Part shown: positions 1-12,829 of the stretch, piece by piece
Layout: each line of letters starts with the position of its first letter
Position numbering within the stretch: the stretch's first letter is position 1
NCBI RefSeq assembly: GCF_006345805.1
Contig: NC_043000.1
Location: forward strand, 52,328,001-52,392,000
From: Octopus sinensis
Lineage: Eukaryota
DNA length: 64,000 nucleotides
Direction of reading: 5' to 3'
Notes under the pieces: generated by a model
What the model was told of the DNA's origin: nothing
Database searches by the model: none
Seen by the model: the letters and a program-made list of their open reading frames with translations, nothing else
Program-made: the position numbers and the translations under genes

Positions 1-2359
1 CACTATCAGAACAGGGCATTCTTTCAAATGAGTATGTTCTACAAATTAATGAGCCCTTAGACTTCCATGTGACAAAGTGTACCTAAGCAAACACAATATT
101 TTCTACTTCTGTCCCAGTAGGCCAAGAAGATTTAGACTTACTATCACCTCACTTGCCAAGAAGACCCCTATAGAAAGGTAGAACAGGTGGAACAGAGCCA
201 TGCAGATCCCCGAAAACCATGATTATGTGAGAAAAATCGTCACGTATGCAGTAGGTGTGAGTACTATTTACTTATTCAGGGGTTTGTTTTGTGATATGCT
301 CGTGTCTCAATGATTGCCTGAAATAGATAACTAGCAAGACTCTGAAAATCTAGTAAATTTGAGTAAGATGAATAGTGTTTTCATATGAGTTATAACTATA
401 AAATAGAATTTGGAGACACATGAATACTTTTATTTCTACCAGACAACTTTTCGTGTTATTCTAGGATTGATAATCATGATCGGCGTGTTTAGATAGCAGT
501 TTGAGGATATATGTACGCAGACGGATTTAAATATGATTTATAATTTTTAAACGTCTGTCTCGTATAGATACATATTAATAGGGTAGATAGATATAAATGT
601 GTCATTGATGGATTGATGTTGTAATCTGAAATATTTTGAAGTATGTGAAAGTGTATTGTATTAATAATTGATTCTGTGTTGGAATGAATGAATTTTATCA
701 AAAATAGAGAATAACATTCGAAAACAATAAACATAAGAAAAATGTGAACGTCTATTGTCGTCATAAATACAATAATGTATTTCACTGGTCAAAAGAATGG
801 AAGATACGAAGGCAAGAATATGAGAACAACCTGTTTGTCACATAAAAGTTTAAGTTTGTTAAACCTTATCAAACAAATTCGAGTGAATATCTGTATTCCA
901 GAGTAATGGAATAGAAAATCTTTTAATCATCAAATTTATTATAGGGGAATCTTATAAATGATATATAAAATATATAAAATGATATATAAGTTTATGGAGG
1001 TGTGGTTTATATGTATAAGAATTTAGTGCTAAAGAATAAAAGGCAAATAATCAAAACCCATGCAAATAAACAAAATCCTACTGTTTGTTCGTCAATGTTT
1101 GGTACGAGACGTGTGTACTTGTAACAGTTTGAATACTTATATACATCTGGTGGCGATATCCTGCATTTCGAATGTAATTACGATAATATGACGTCCATAT
1201 ATTATTTTACCAAGAGTGTATCGTTGTATAAATAGAATATGCTGTTGATAGATGATTGGATTAAAGAGAACTTAACTCATTCCTACATTCAATAAGGAAG
1301 CCAATTGTTGCTTCCACGCGATCGCCCGACACGATAGAAATAAAATAAAACCTTCCTACCTCTACACACGATACAATACTGCCCAATAAAGGAGGGGATG
1401 GTTATACTTTTAACATTGCCTTTGATCCTCGGTTTGTTTAATCTCGTCTGTGCTGGAGCTAAACATCTACTAAAGCACAAAAACAATGACTAGATGGATC
1501 ATTCCTTGGTATAGAGAAAACTACCACCTCAGCGTGTCTATTTCTCTAAACAATTTCAAATAGAATTGAGATAAGCAAATCCATTTCATATAACGGATTC
1601 AAATTCTACAGGTAATCCTATATTTTCTTACATAAATTATCAAACACAGCTATTAATTTTCGTCATAGGAATATACCGATTTTCAATGCCTTTAATTCTC
1701 TTGAATGAAGCAAATCATGAAAGAATAGAATTACGAGAGTTAACTGTCACTCATGAATAGTCCTTTGAACATCTTCAATAATAAACTTTCGGATATATTT
1801 CAGAAAACATACAAATATATATTGATTAATGAAACCAAAATCTTTGAAGATATTACATTATAGAAAGATAAAAGTTTGTTTATGAATTTCTAAGTTTGTT
1901 TGAATTTTGAATGATAAAGTATTTACGCAAATAGAAATGCTTATATGAATCGGTTTATTGACGTCAATACCATGCCCGATGACATTGGATTAACTAGGGA
2001 CAGAACAAACAGCTTCGGTTGAAAGGATTTGATAAGGTTTAGAAATTTGTCATGTTACCGAAATCTGTTTAAAATCAGATTTCTTTGTACCTCAAACAGG
2101 AATTTTAATTGAAGAGAGGTTTGCACATATAAAGGACATAAAATACAACAACGGAAAAGAGTGATTCAAATTATGGAAATCAACCCTCTCGCGTTAATAA
2201 AAGCGGATAAGACATTTGTAAGTGTGGCCTGAGAGAAAAATCAGAGAAGTAATCCTGTCGCGGGAGTTGAATCGTGAACTTGTCACATGATGAGAGACGC
2301 AAAGCACTAATGATATCAAATATGCGCGCGCACGTACACACATATACACACATGTCTAA

Positions 2360-2363
<4 letters not shown>

Positions 2364-2413
<50 letters not shown>

Positions 2414-2517
2414 TTACAAATATACAAGCACACAGATATATGTGTGTGTTTATGTATGCGTGTATGTGTGCGTGCGTAGGTGGTATGTGCGCAGGCACAC
2501 ACCACACCCACACACAC

Positions 2518-2586
<69 letters not shown>

Positions 2587-2600
2587 ATATATATATATAC
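2364..2600. repeat. Compound (TA)n/(TG)n/(CA)n microsatellite, representative of dozens in the window
   Basis: Directly visible dinucleotide runs; source of the YIYI/HTHT/CVCV pseudo-ORFs. Confidence 0.97.
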
Positions 2601-2947
2601 TGATATGTGCACATGTGTGTCTATAAGTGCGTGTAAATGTGTTAATGTCTGTACGTCTTAACATACAAACATGCGCGCACACTAAAATATATGCTTGCAC
2701 ATATAGACACACATACACACAGACATATATAAAAATCTATTTGTATTCACGTGAGTAAAATCAATACACTCGAAATAATGTTTGAAACAACATATTTGAT
2801 GCGTAACCGAATCCATTATTTTGAGTGCAGTTATTTTACTATGAATAAGGGAATAGCTGCTACACGTAGTAACGAAAACAATAGTGGTAACTCTTTCCTG
2901 CAGCGGTACATTCCAAGGAAACAAGGTCAAAATTTAAATGAGCCGAG

Positions 2948-2976
2948 CTGAAGTTGGTAACACCGAAACAATTGTC
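2948..2976 (+). ncRNA. Degenerate minimal hammerhead-like motif
   Basis: CTGAAGT-T-GGT(aac)ACC-GAAAC-AATT-GTC: stem II and palindromic stem III present, but core A9 is T and stem I does not pair. Confidence 0.35.
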
Positions 2977-4367
2977 AATATAATGACCGCACAGACCTGG
3001 GATGGGGCGTGTGAACTTGGAAAAGAAAACAATATTATCCTAAATGGGACCCACACAAATGCAGAAATGATAAATTTAAAGGAAGTTAATTTTGCAAAGA
3101 CAAAAAAAGAAATGGAAAAAAGAAATTCTGGAAATTAATTTAGGAGAAAGCTTATAGTTTATTAATTATTTGGGATAAATGGACATGAATTAATGATGGC
3201 AATCCAGCTTAAGCGAGGATGATCTTTGTACCTGATTAGTGGATTATTAGATTAGGAGAGTAATTGTGTTGCAAAAGTACACATTTGAACTCAAAATATC
3301 ACAGTTAATCTCTATTGCAACTCATATTGAGGGTATGAAAAAATGAAATATTAAAAACATGTTTATTGATAATAATAGACTCCAAATCGAAGTCACATGG
3401 TCAACTCTGCAATGTATAGTAATGTTGATGTAATGGAGTCATGCATTAAGGGAACATAAGTGTTATGATGATATGATAACCATTTGAGCACAGAAGTGCT
3501 TGAGTAGAAGGTAAAATCCAGTCGTCAAGTGCATTTAATTCCATATACAGCTTGTGCATATTAAGGAGATGTGTTTCATTAATTGAAAAATCCCAAATTA
3601 AAGAATTCCTTCTTCATAATCTGAATATATTGATCTGCTGAGTGAAAGTGTTTAAATAAAGAAACTTTTCATTAAAGGTGTTCATTACACATGAAAAAGG
3701 ACTTTGCAGGAACATTCGATACACGAAGCATTTGCTCGTAAAGTCCAAACTCTTTAAATATGAATGTATATTTCTCTTCATCGTCAGCATAGAAATGATA
3801 GATTCGATAGAATTTTGATCAGTATGGCGGTTTGGTGATGTTTTGCTATCGCGTATTTTTTTTGCATTGTTAGTTTTTGCGTTTAGGTGTCAACCTTTGT
3901 TATTCGTACGTAGACTTCAAGTATTATTAAAACTGTTTTTGCCTTCAGGTATCATTCACACAGGTTTGTAGTAGAAGTGTGCTTAAGTTTGTAAGGTTGA
4001 TTATCCAAACAAGAAAACACTTTTTGTTCTGCTCGATACGTTTGCTTAGAAAAGTCATTGAACTGTCCGTTGTATGCTCTTGCATTCGCAGCCACGAACC
4101 ATGTGGTTGTTGATTTGCTACTTAATCTCTTATAGAATTAATTTCAATAAAAAAATGAAGATTGAAATGAATACGTATGCTTCTGTATCTGTTTCTGAGT
4201 GAGTTTCCGGTGGCCCATTACATCCATTCTCCAGTGGAGTGATTACTTCTACATCAATTGAAAGATCTATTTCATAATACCAATTCCCTCAATGGGATTC
4301 ATTGTTAAGAGGACAATTACACACACACACACACATACACACACACACATACACACACACACACACA

Positions 4368-5244
4368 CAGGGTGCGATGGGTGCATTGTGGCTGTTTCAT
4401 ACTTTTAATTTCGTGCATGTGCACTGTTTGTTTTTGATTTTGTCGACAACACAGTATGGTACGGTAAGTTAGAAACCGTCTGTGAGAAAAACAACACCGT
4501 GACCCAATTCACTTTGACAGAAATTTGGAGACGATTTGCTGTACTGCTTGGAATTGGCGCTGAAAGTTCCAATACGATCATTTCAGAGTGTTTGAGTGTA
4601 AATATGAGGACAGTGCAATCTGAGGGCATGCACCGAGAATAATAAAAATCAAACACCCATTCCAGTCAACATGCTGGTGTTTGGAGTGATCACTCATGAT
4701 GATGACGTCATGCATCCATTCATCTACCCACGCGGCTTATGACTCAACATGGCGGTGTACATCAAATGCCTGAAAGAGGTAATGCTGCCCTGGGTCAAGA
4801 GGGTAGCAGCTTGAAGAGCCTATGTCTGACAACAGGACTCTGCATCATGCCACACAAGCAAGAGAACACAGTCATGGCTGTCAGATCAGTTCTGCGACCA
4901 CATCACCCCTGATATCTGGCCACCTAACTCCCCAGACGGCTTGATTATTATGTGTGGGGCGCAGTTTAGCGAGAGACCAAAAACAAAACACTGATTGTAA
5001 GACCAAAGATGTACTGAAGGCAAGGATTATGGCAGCATTCACCAATTTCAGTAAAGAGACCGTCCAGAAGAGTTGCTGGAAATTCCGAAGTCATCTGGAG
5101 GCTGTGGGTGAAGCGAATGGCAATTTTATTGAATAAATTTACTCTTTAGTATTTGAAGATATTTTCATGTAATTCTACTAAATCTATCTGTCAGGAATTT
5201 TCGTTTTTGCATTATTCAGACGACTGTTTATTCACCACACCCTG
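4368..5244 (+). mobile_element. Internally deleted maT (DD37D) Tc1/mariner-superfamily transposon
   Basis: Imperfect TIRs CAGGGTG...CACCCTG followed by TA; interrupted transposase VFGVIT..YIKCLKEVMLPWVKRVAA..QQDSASCHTSKRTQSWLS..IWPPNSPD..LDYYVWG with stops and frameshifts. Confidence 0.9.
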
Positions 5245-5252
5245 TATGTATG

Positions 5253-5307
<55 letters not shown>

Positions 5308-5546
5308 ATATATTATTCTTCTTTTATCGTCTCAGGCATGACGGTCCAGTCATGTCGGAGCATCACAATGGTTTTGTACCTTCCCTTTTGCTGCATACTT
5401 CAGGTGATGGGTTTTCATATCACCAATCTTGCATGTCGTTTTTCCCTTGTACTTGGCCAATTTGGTGCATGATACTGTCTATACATACATATAAAAATTA
5501 CTTCTGTGTTTGGCTGATAGCGTAGCATTTTGGGATGCTCTGCTCT

Positions 5547-5701
5547 ATGTATGTATGTATGTATGTATGTATGTACGTATGTATTTATGTATGTATGTAA
5601 GCATGCATGTATGCGTTTGCATGTGTGTAAATATATTTTACATACATAGTTATATACATATATAATTTAGAGATGTGTATGTATATATATCTATATCTAT
5701 C

Positions 5702-5732
<31 letters not shown>

Positions 5733-5733
5733 C

Positions 5734-5832
<99 letters not shown>

Positions 5833-5860
5833 TATATATATATACATATACATAGATATG
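5547..5860. repeat. (TATG)n/(TATC)n/(TA)n microsatellite cluster
   Basis: Directly visible. Confidence 0.95.
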
Positions 5861-6924
5861 TATGTGTGTATGCATGCATTTAAAACTTTTACAGAATTCT
5901 AACTGAGCAGTGTTCACGCAGCAGCAAATAAACACTCACTCTTATAATGACAGACAGCAAAAGGAAAGAACTTTCATCAGTTTTGAAGATGGTTTACATA
6001 TGTATTGAAGCGTGAAAAATAGTAAGACCTCTTCATTATAAAGTCAGTAATATGAAATGTTGTTATTGATTTTGAATATATTCGCAAAACTGGTTGGAAA
6101 TATGGTAGAATCAATGCTATTATGTATGTAAAATATCGATCCTTGATAGAAATTCTGAATTATGTATGTTATTACAGAGCAAAGCTACATTATTAAAATA
6201 TGCTTTAGTTGTTATCACAGTCAGCTGGGAATTTCTACAGTACGCCGAATCTTCCATTTTTCATATATTGTAAAACATAGACAACAGCCGATCGAATAAT
6301 ATGAAATAACGATTTCTTTTTCTTTCATAGGCATGAAACTCTGGTTTGATAGCGGAAATGGCATATGGAAAATTATAGCGGACACATATTTCTCAAGGAG
6401 AGTGTTTCTCTATGTGAAAGAAAATATAAGCTATTTCTTCCTCAAACAGTCGTTCTACTACGTTCTCTGTAGACAGGATTATGTGCATATGGGAGCGGAT
6501 CAGTGGTTGAAATGTGACCGTTTCGAGCTGGATACAATAATGTAGCATTTTGGGCAAATATATACCTTGACCTAGGGTTGATCCATTCACTCGTGGGTGA
6601 GTTTAGGTACATGGAAATCTTATCGAAGCCAATGATGTAGTTGAAACAGTAATTAAAAACCTAAAGTCTTGTCACAGTTTGTGTCACAGTATACCACCGG
6701 AGAATTACGTTAATAAAATAAGTATGAATTGAATAATTAGTGATTACTATATTAATTGGAGACGCAATTTAGTTGATTGAAAAACTGGACCCTACTTTTC
6801 GCATGACGTAGCACTAGCAGCAAATCTATCAGGTCCACCGCATTAACTACAAGCAAGACCAAAACCTCCGCCAACACCACCACCACCACCACCATCATCA
6901 CCACAACCACAGCAACAGCAATAA

Positions 6925-7054
6925 CTTAGCTGCATTTCCCCAGTCATTATGTCCTCAGCTGAAATTCTGCCGAGGCTGTTTTTGTCACTTCCTTTCGGAG
7001 TCGATAAAACAATTACCTGTCAAATGCTTAGGTTGATGTAATCGACTTCCACCC

Positions 7055-7092
<38 letters not shown>

Positions 7093-7130
7093 GAAACGCT
7101 GCTGACCCCATGCCAAAATTTTAAACCATT
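6925..7130 (+). mobile_element. SINE family C, decayed copy with internal (CA)n
   Basis: Matches core of the 40516 and 55925 copies: aaattctgccgagg..ttcctttcggagtcgataaaa..gatgtaatcgact. Confidence 0.65.
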
Positions 7131-7416
7131 ATGACATGCATTTATTCTTCAAGAAAATATTTCTTATTCTAATTTTCATTTTGTCGTGCCAACAAACCCT
7201 GACTTTATTATTATTTATATAGTTCCCTGATGGTACATCGATACTCGCACACTTATTCTCATTATACAAAGAGGGAAATACACACATCTTTCCGAATGTC
7301 TCCGTCTGTCTCTGTATCTTTTACTGTCTCTCTGTATCTTTGTTTCTCTGTCTGTCTCTCTGTTTCTCTGTCTGTCTATGTGTCTGTCTCTTTTTTTTTT
7401 TGGGGGGGGGGGTATA

Positions 7417-7611
7417 TTCTTTTGTTCTTTTATTTCTTTCAGTCCTTTGACTGCGGCTATGCTGGAGCACCGCCTTTCGTCGAGACAATCGACCCCGGGA
7501 CTTATTCTTTGTAAACCTAGTACTTATTCCATCGGTCTCTTTTGCCGATAGCCAGGCTACGGTGGCCTAAACACACCAACACCAGTTGTCAAGCGATGAT
7601 GGGGGACAAAT

Positions 7612-7644
<33 letters not shown>

Positions 7645-7804
7645 CATACGACAGGCTTTCAGTTTCCATCCACCAAATCCACTCACAAGATCTTGGTCGG
7701 CCCGAAGATATTGTAGAAGACACTTACTAAAGGTGGCATGCAGTAGGACTGAACTCGGAACCATGTGGTTGGGAAGCAAACTTCCCTACCACACAGCCAC
7801 ACGC
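7417..7804 (-). mobile_element. SINE family A (tRNA-derived, LINE-type 3' tail)
   Basis: Reverse complement aligns along its length with 36532-36950, including the ggcggtgctccagcat tail and central microsatellite. Confidence 0.9.
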
Positions 7805-8657
7805 TTATCACGTGTGTCTGCATGTGGGTTGGTCTATAAATGTCTTTATGTATACTTGAATGCACGCATGAATGTATGTATGTGAATGTATGTATATATG
7901 TATGTGCGTGTGTATGTCTGTATATATCTATATATGTGTGTGTGCATGTCTGTATGTACGTACGAATATTTGCATTGACGTGTGCTACATATAAATGAAA
8001 GCTGCGTGAAATTCCGCTGTGTGGTCAAGTGTATAATGGATAACGACATATTTCCCTCGTAATAATGTGTGCACGAGCAATATTATACAAGAACAGTGAA
8101 ATGACATTTTGAATAAAATCAGAGATTACACAGGGTGAAATGCTGAAGAATAAAATATGGAGAAATGTATTTATAGCCAAATGATTCCTTTTAATGGCAA
8201 TGTTATCACTCTCCTTGAATTTAACATTTACAACTGGTCCTTTTAAGATTAAAGACAGGGGACCTTTTAGATATACACTATTATGTCCGACATTCATTTC
8301 ATGAAAGTAAAGAAAATAATCAATCCTATTCTGTGCGAAACAGAAAGCAGTCAATTTTCAACAAACTGAATCGATTGAAAGAAACGAAACTAAAAAAGAA
8401 AAGCAAAACATAAATACGATTTGATCGACAGATTTTGAAGATAAATCCGATGAATGTAAACACATGAGGATGTCAAGCGTCAATAGATTATGTGAAGATA
8501 CATATTGTAACATCACACAATAGTCACAGCACAAACATTCACAATAGAATTAAAGCTGAATAAAATAGACTAAACATATGTGTAGTAGAAAAATATGTGG
8601 GTCTGTTGTGTTTTTACAGATAAATACATAATTACACACACACACACACACACACAC

Positions 8658-8713
<56 letters not shown>

Positions 8714-9760
8714 TATATTTATATATACACTTATACATACACTTTCACGAACGTGGTTGCCGTATTAAGTATTAAATTGAGGCAGACTGTTCACCGACAT
8801 TCAACAACAAAATTGTTTACCTTGGTATACACCATAAGGAAAATGAATTAACTTTATTTGTACACGTAAATAGAACGAGTCATTTGAAAAAGCAAATGTC
8901 AATGACATATAAGCATAATTCCAGCTTTCACACATGGATATTAGTTTGGGAAATTTCAATATTTATATATGTGTGTGTATGTGCATGTTTGTGCGTGTGT
9001 ACATGTGTGAGTGTGTGAATGTGTGCGTGTGCGTGTGTATGTGTACATATGCGTGTATACAGACACGCAAGGAATATAAAGATAAATTTGGCACAATGGA
9101 ATGACAAATCAATTTACCGAAAAAAAACACAAACACAGAAAAAATGCAAACACAAGACACAAAAGCGTTCAGCCTTCATCAGATGTCGACCAAATATCAT
9201 TACAATTTCCATATCTTCTAACAATATTCTTAAATATGGTAATGTCTGCAATATAAGCTACAGGTGTATGGAGGATTGAACAAGGACAAAATAAATAATG
9301 AGAGAAATATAACAGAAAAGGTAAGGTTTATGGCATTAACGGTTCATATAGGCGGGTTTTGAGAACAGGGAAGATATATATATATATATACACATTCATA
9401 GATGTAAATATATATATCAACCTAAACCAGCAATTAGCAGAAGGACCACAAAACGAAAGATATCTCTTTACACTGATACTTAATCATATACATAGAATTT
9501 GTTTCGAGTAAGCGACAAAATCAGAAAGAGTTGTGTGGGATGAACATAATGCGAAAAAAAGATGGGTCATTATGAAATTAGTTATACATCCAGAATCTGC
9601 AACAAAATTAAAAACAAAATGCGCATACTAATAGCTGGGGAAACTGACCAGCAGAACGGTCAATTCAAAAACAACTGAATAGCTGTAGAAAGAAGTAAAC
9701 ACCCTGGTGCCTTATGACACCCATGAGAATTAAAGGGTAGAGGCAAGTTGATATATATAT

Positions 9761-9944
9761 TGATAGAAATGGTAAGACAACAAAAGAATGAAAGAAACCT
9801 CGATATTATATGAATAGAGGAATTTATCTGTAAATGTAATATGTGACAATTATTCGGTAGCCATGATAAAACTCCGAGTTTCCACCCTGATATCTGAAAC
9901 TCGGAGTTTTATCATGGCTACCAAATAATTGTCACATATTTCAT

Positions 9945-9945
<1 letters not shown>
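9761..9945. repeat. (TA)n-flanked element ending in a 50-bp-arm palindrome (PLE inverted-pLTR-like)
   Basis: Arms 9833-9882 and 9896-9945, 2 mismatches, 13-nt loop; right arm starts GAAAC-TCGGA-GTT. Palindrome seen directly; PLE origin inferred. Confidence 0.8.
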
Positions 9946-9979
<34 letters not shown>

Positions 9980-10039
9980 CATACATACAAACACACAAAC
10001 ACATATATATTGTATAAAAGATCGTGGGTAAGGTCAAAA

Positions 10040-10680
10040 CAAGTAACTGCAAACTAAATCACAAGAAAATAAATATGTGAATAGATGTAGACTTACATTG
10101 TATTCAGTATTTCGTGGTTATGACCCTGTCCTCAAGAAATTGACGAATGTTGCCCATGTTCGTGTGTGTGAGCATGTGTGGAGTGGACAGGAGCAGATGT
10201 GTGTTGCTATAGCAACAAGTTAGCTTCCTGTAGCCCCTTTCTATTATTGATCTTGGGTTTCTTTTCAGGTATGAGGATAGCCTCAGATATTCTAAGGTTG
10301 CCCCTGCTCCGCTGTGTTGCCTTGGTGTGCATTGTGAACTCTCGAGTCTAGCTTTTCTGTAGATGTTTCTTCACGGAAGCGTCTGCCTTAATGCGTATGT
10401 TCAGTTATCTTATGATTCCGATGTAGGATGCGACACATTTGCCACAAAGGATCTCATATATGACATAGGTCCTCTGGCACAATTCAGGGTCATTGATGGG
10501 GCAGTTCGACAAAGTGCAACCCTCAGAGTAGTGAGAGATGTTGTTCCTGGATAGAGCTTTTCTCAGGGAGGGCCAGTGTACACTATCTGTATGTCGAGCC
10601 CTTCCCTGCTGACTGTGTGTTGCATTGTTGCAGTAGTTCTGTCGTCAAAGTGTGGTAGCTTTAAGAAGCACGTGCTGTTA
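10040..10680 (-). mobile_element. Penelope-like element 3' fragment (GIY-YIG endonuclease remnant plus pLTR)
   Basis: Minus-strand translation CTLSNCPINDPELCQRTYVIYEILCGKCVASYIG..R*LNIRIK..LRISEAILIPEKKPKINNR; decayed hammerhead core TTGAGGA..GAAAT downstream at about 10097-10136. Confidence 0.85.
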
Positions 10681-10704
10681 CTGACCTCGACTACAGAATT
10701 CATA

Positions 10705-11404
10705 TTTTCCCGTCAAAATCATTTTGAAGAATGGAGAATAAGTGATAATCAGATGCGGCTATTACCGGTGAATATATTGGGTGTGGCATCATTTCTCATT
10801 CAAACTGCTTCAGGCTTTGGAATGTCATCCTCTCTGTATGTGGCCGAGCATTATCCTCATAGAAGAACACCTTTCGTCTGGAAACCTAAGGTCGCTTTTC
10901 TTCTAGCGCTGACTTAAGACGCTCCAACGGCTTGCAGTAGATCTCATTTGTTAACATTTGGTTTGGGTTTAAAAGTTCAAAGTGGACTACATATTTCTTA
11001 TCCCACCAAACAGATAACAACACCTTACGTGAGTGAAGAACTTTTTAGCCTGGGGGTTCCGGTGTTTCTCCTTTCCCTAGCCACTGTCTTCGGTGCTTGA
11101 AAGTTTTATAGAAAACCCATTTCTCAGTCCGAAAAGATTCATTCGTGAGACGTGACAGATAGCAAAAGAGGGCACACATTCACGCTCTCCGCGTAATTAG
11201 ACTCGGAAAGTTTATGAGGAAGTGATTGACCCGATTTAGTGACTTTTCCGATGGCACGCAGGTGTCGATCATTGATTGAATGACCAAATCCATGATTCTC
11301 TGGTAGTTTCTCAAAAGTTACGACGGGATTTTATTCCACCATGTTTTGCAGGAGTCTTCGGCGTGCTCCACAGATCTTCCAGGACGAGACTCGTTTTCTA
11401 AGCT
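10705..11404 (-). mobile_element. mariner (DD34D) transposase remnant
   Basis: Minus strand: EKWVFY..KVLLSVWWDKKYVVHFELL..EDNARPHT..HPIYSPVIAASDYHLF with 34 residues between the second and third Asp; WVPHEL-like SLPHKL; stops and frameshifts. Confidence 0.93.
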
Positions 11405-11544
11405 GTAGTATATATACATATGTATATATGTATATATACATGTGTATATATGTATATATACATGTATATATATATATATATACAAGGTCCATATTAAATC
11501 TTAACACATTTGAAGGATATCTAATTTAAAAACAATGCTAGACT

Positions 11545-11754
11545 AAAAATACTATTGCTTTATGCCTGTCCTTTTCCAAAATTTCGGCCAACCTATACCC
11601 CTACATCTAGTGAGTCATCCCGACCTGTATCCTTTCCTTACTTCTTTTCACCCTTTTGTAATCTACCTTCCAGTTTTTCTCTATTCTACTTGCAGCTTCC
11701 CACCTTTTCCTTCCTTCTCCAAGCACTTACCTTCTTTCAGTATTATACACACAA

Positions 11755-11820
<66 letters not shown>

Positions 11821-12155
11821 GCACATCATTATAGGTACATTACTGATAAGATTACTCAATTGGTCTATTGATCAGTTGAGTAAGATTGAACGACCTAAAA
11901 GAAATTAATGCTACTTTCGTCCGAACCATTTCTCGTTATAACAAAGCAGAACGCTGAAGAAATGGTGAGTGCATGGGGGAGGGAGGAAACATTAAAAGAT
12001 GCAAGTAGAATAGATAGAACAGGAAGACAGGTTACAAAAGGGTGAACAGTAATAAGGAGATGATAGAGGAAGGGTTCACTTAATAAAAGCAGTCTTATAC
12101 GATGGCCAAAATTTGGGAAAGGGTCAGTCATAAAACATTAGTGTTTGTAGTCAGG
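11545..12155. repeat. Diverged inverted repeat (arms about 190 bp) around a (CA)n tract
   Basis: 11545-11730 versus reverse complement of about 11962-12155 share blocks such as ttcacccttttgtaa and tctattctacttgca; also visible as similar pseudo-ORFs 11562+ and 11895-. Confidence 0.75.
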
Positions 12156-12360
12156 TCAGCACACATTACCATAATAGCATTGTTTATATTTTAGATATTT
12201 TCCAACAGTTGTATTGAAATTTGATAAGGGCTCCTTACACACATGGTCAATCTAAGACTTTAATATCTGGTGCTACTAAAAAGTAGGGAGATTATATTAG
12301 AAGAAATAATATCATTAGTAATTATATACATATATACATATATATGTATGTATATATATA

Positions 12361-12395
<35 letters not shown>

Positions 12396-12560
12396 ACTTA
12401 CTTGGAAGAGGATGCGCGGAGTTCAATCATATAATAGTGTAAATAATATGTATATACGTCTATACGATATATATATATACATATATTACGTTGGTAAAAC
12501 ATAAATCTGAAAGTAAAAGTACACTCTAAGATATATACCAATATATATTATAAATAATGT

Positions 12561-12690
12561 TAGATAAGGCCGGTTTATTCTATTACCATGGGTTTTACCT
12601 CCATAAAGCGTTTTGGGGTCTGATGATGCGCTTAAAGCTAAACGCTTTATGGACGTGAAACAGGATAATCTCATAAACTGGTCTTACCTG
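12561..12690. repeat. Imperfect palindrome with decayed hammerhead core in the loop
   Basis: ccataaagcgttt/aaacgctttatgg inner stem extended by imperfect arms; loop contains CTGATGA-tgcgcttaaagc-TAAAC. Confidence 0.6.
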
Positions 12691-12829
12691 ACTTTATATT
12701 ATACACAGACACACACATACACTCGCATACACACATGCACACCCACGCACGCACACACGCACATACATACACACACAATTATATATGTGATCATTTGTTA
12801 ATGCTTCAACAAGTTGAGAAGTATTCGAT

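Noticed and set aside
1560-2000. Possible Penelope RT remnant (LHK..FR, NDKVFTQI, NRFID)
   Set aside because: Motifs too short and frames too broken to support by eye; needs a translated HMM search
2274-2718. Numerous 60-130 aa ORFs rich in YI/HT/CV/ER/LS (here and throughout)
   Set aside because: Translations of dinucleotide and tetranucleotide microsatellites, which lack stop codons
6311-6545. Polypyrimidine-AG acceptor followed by a 70-aa ORF
   Set aside because: No recognisable domain, no convincing donor or partner exon
9150-9190. Minus-strand CTGATGAAGGCTGAACGC hammerhead-like string
   Set aside because: Stem II and GAAA incomplete; at best a deleted remnant
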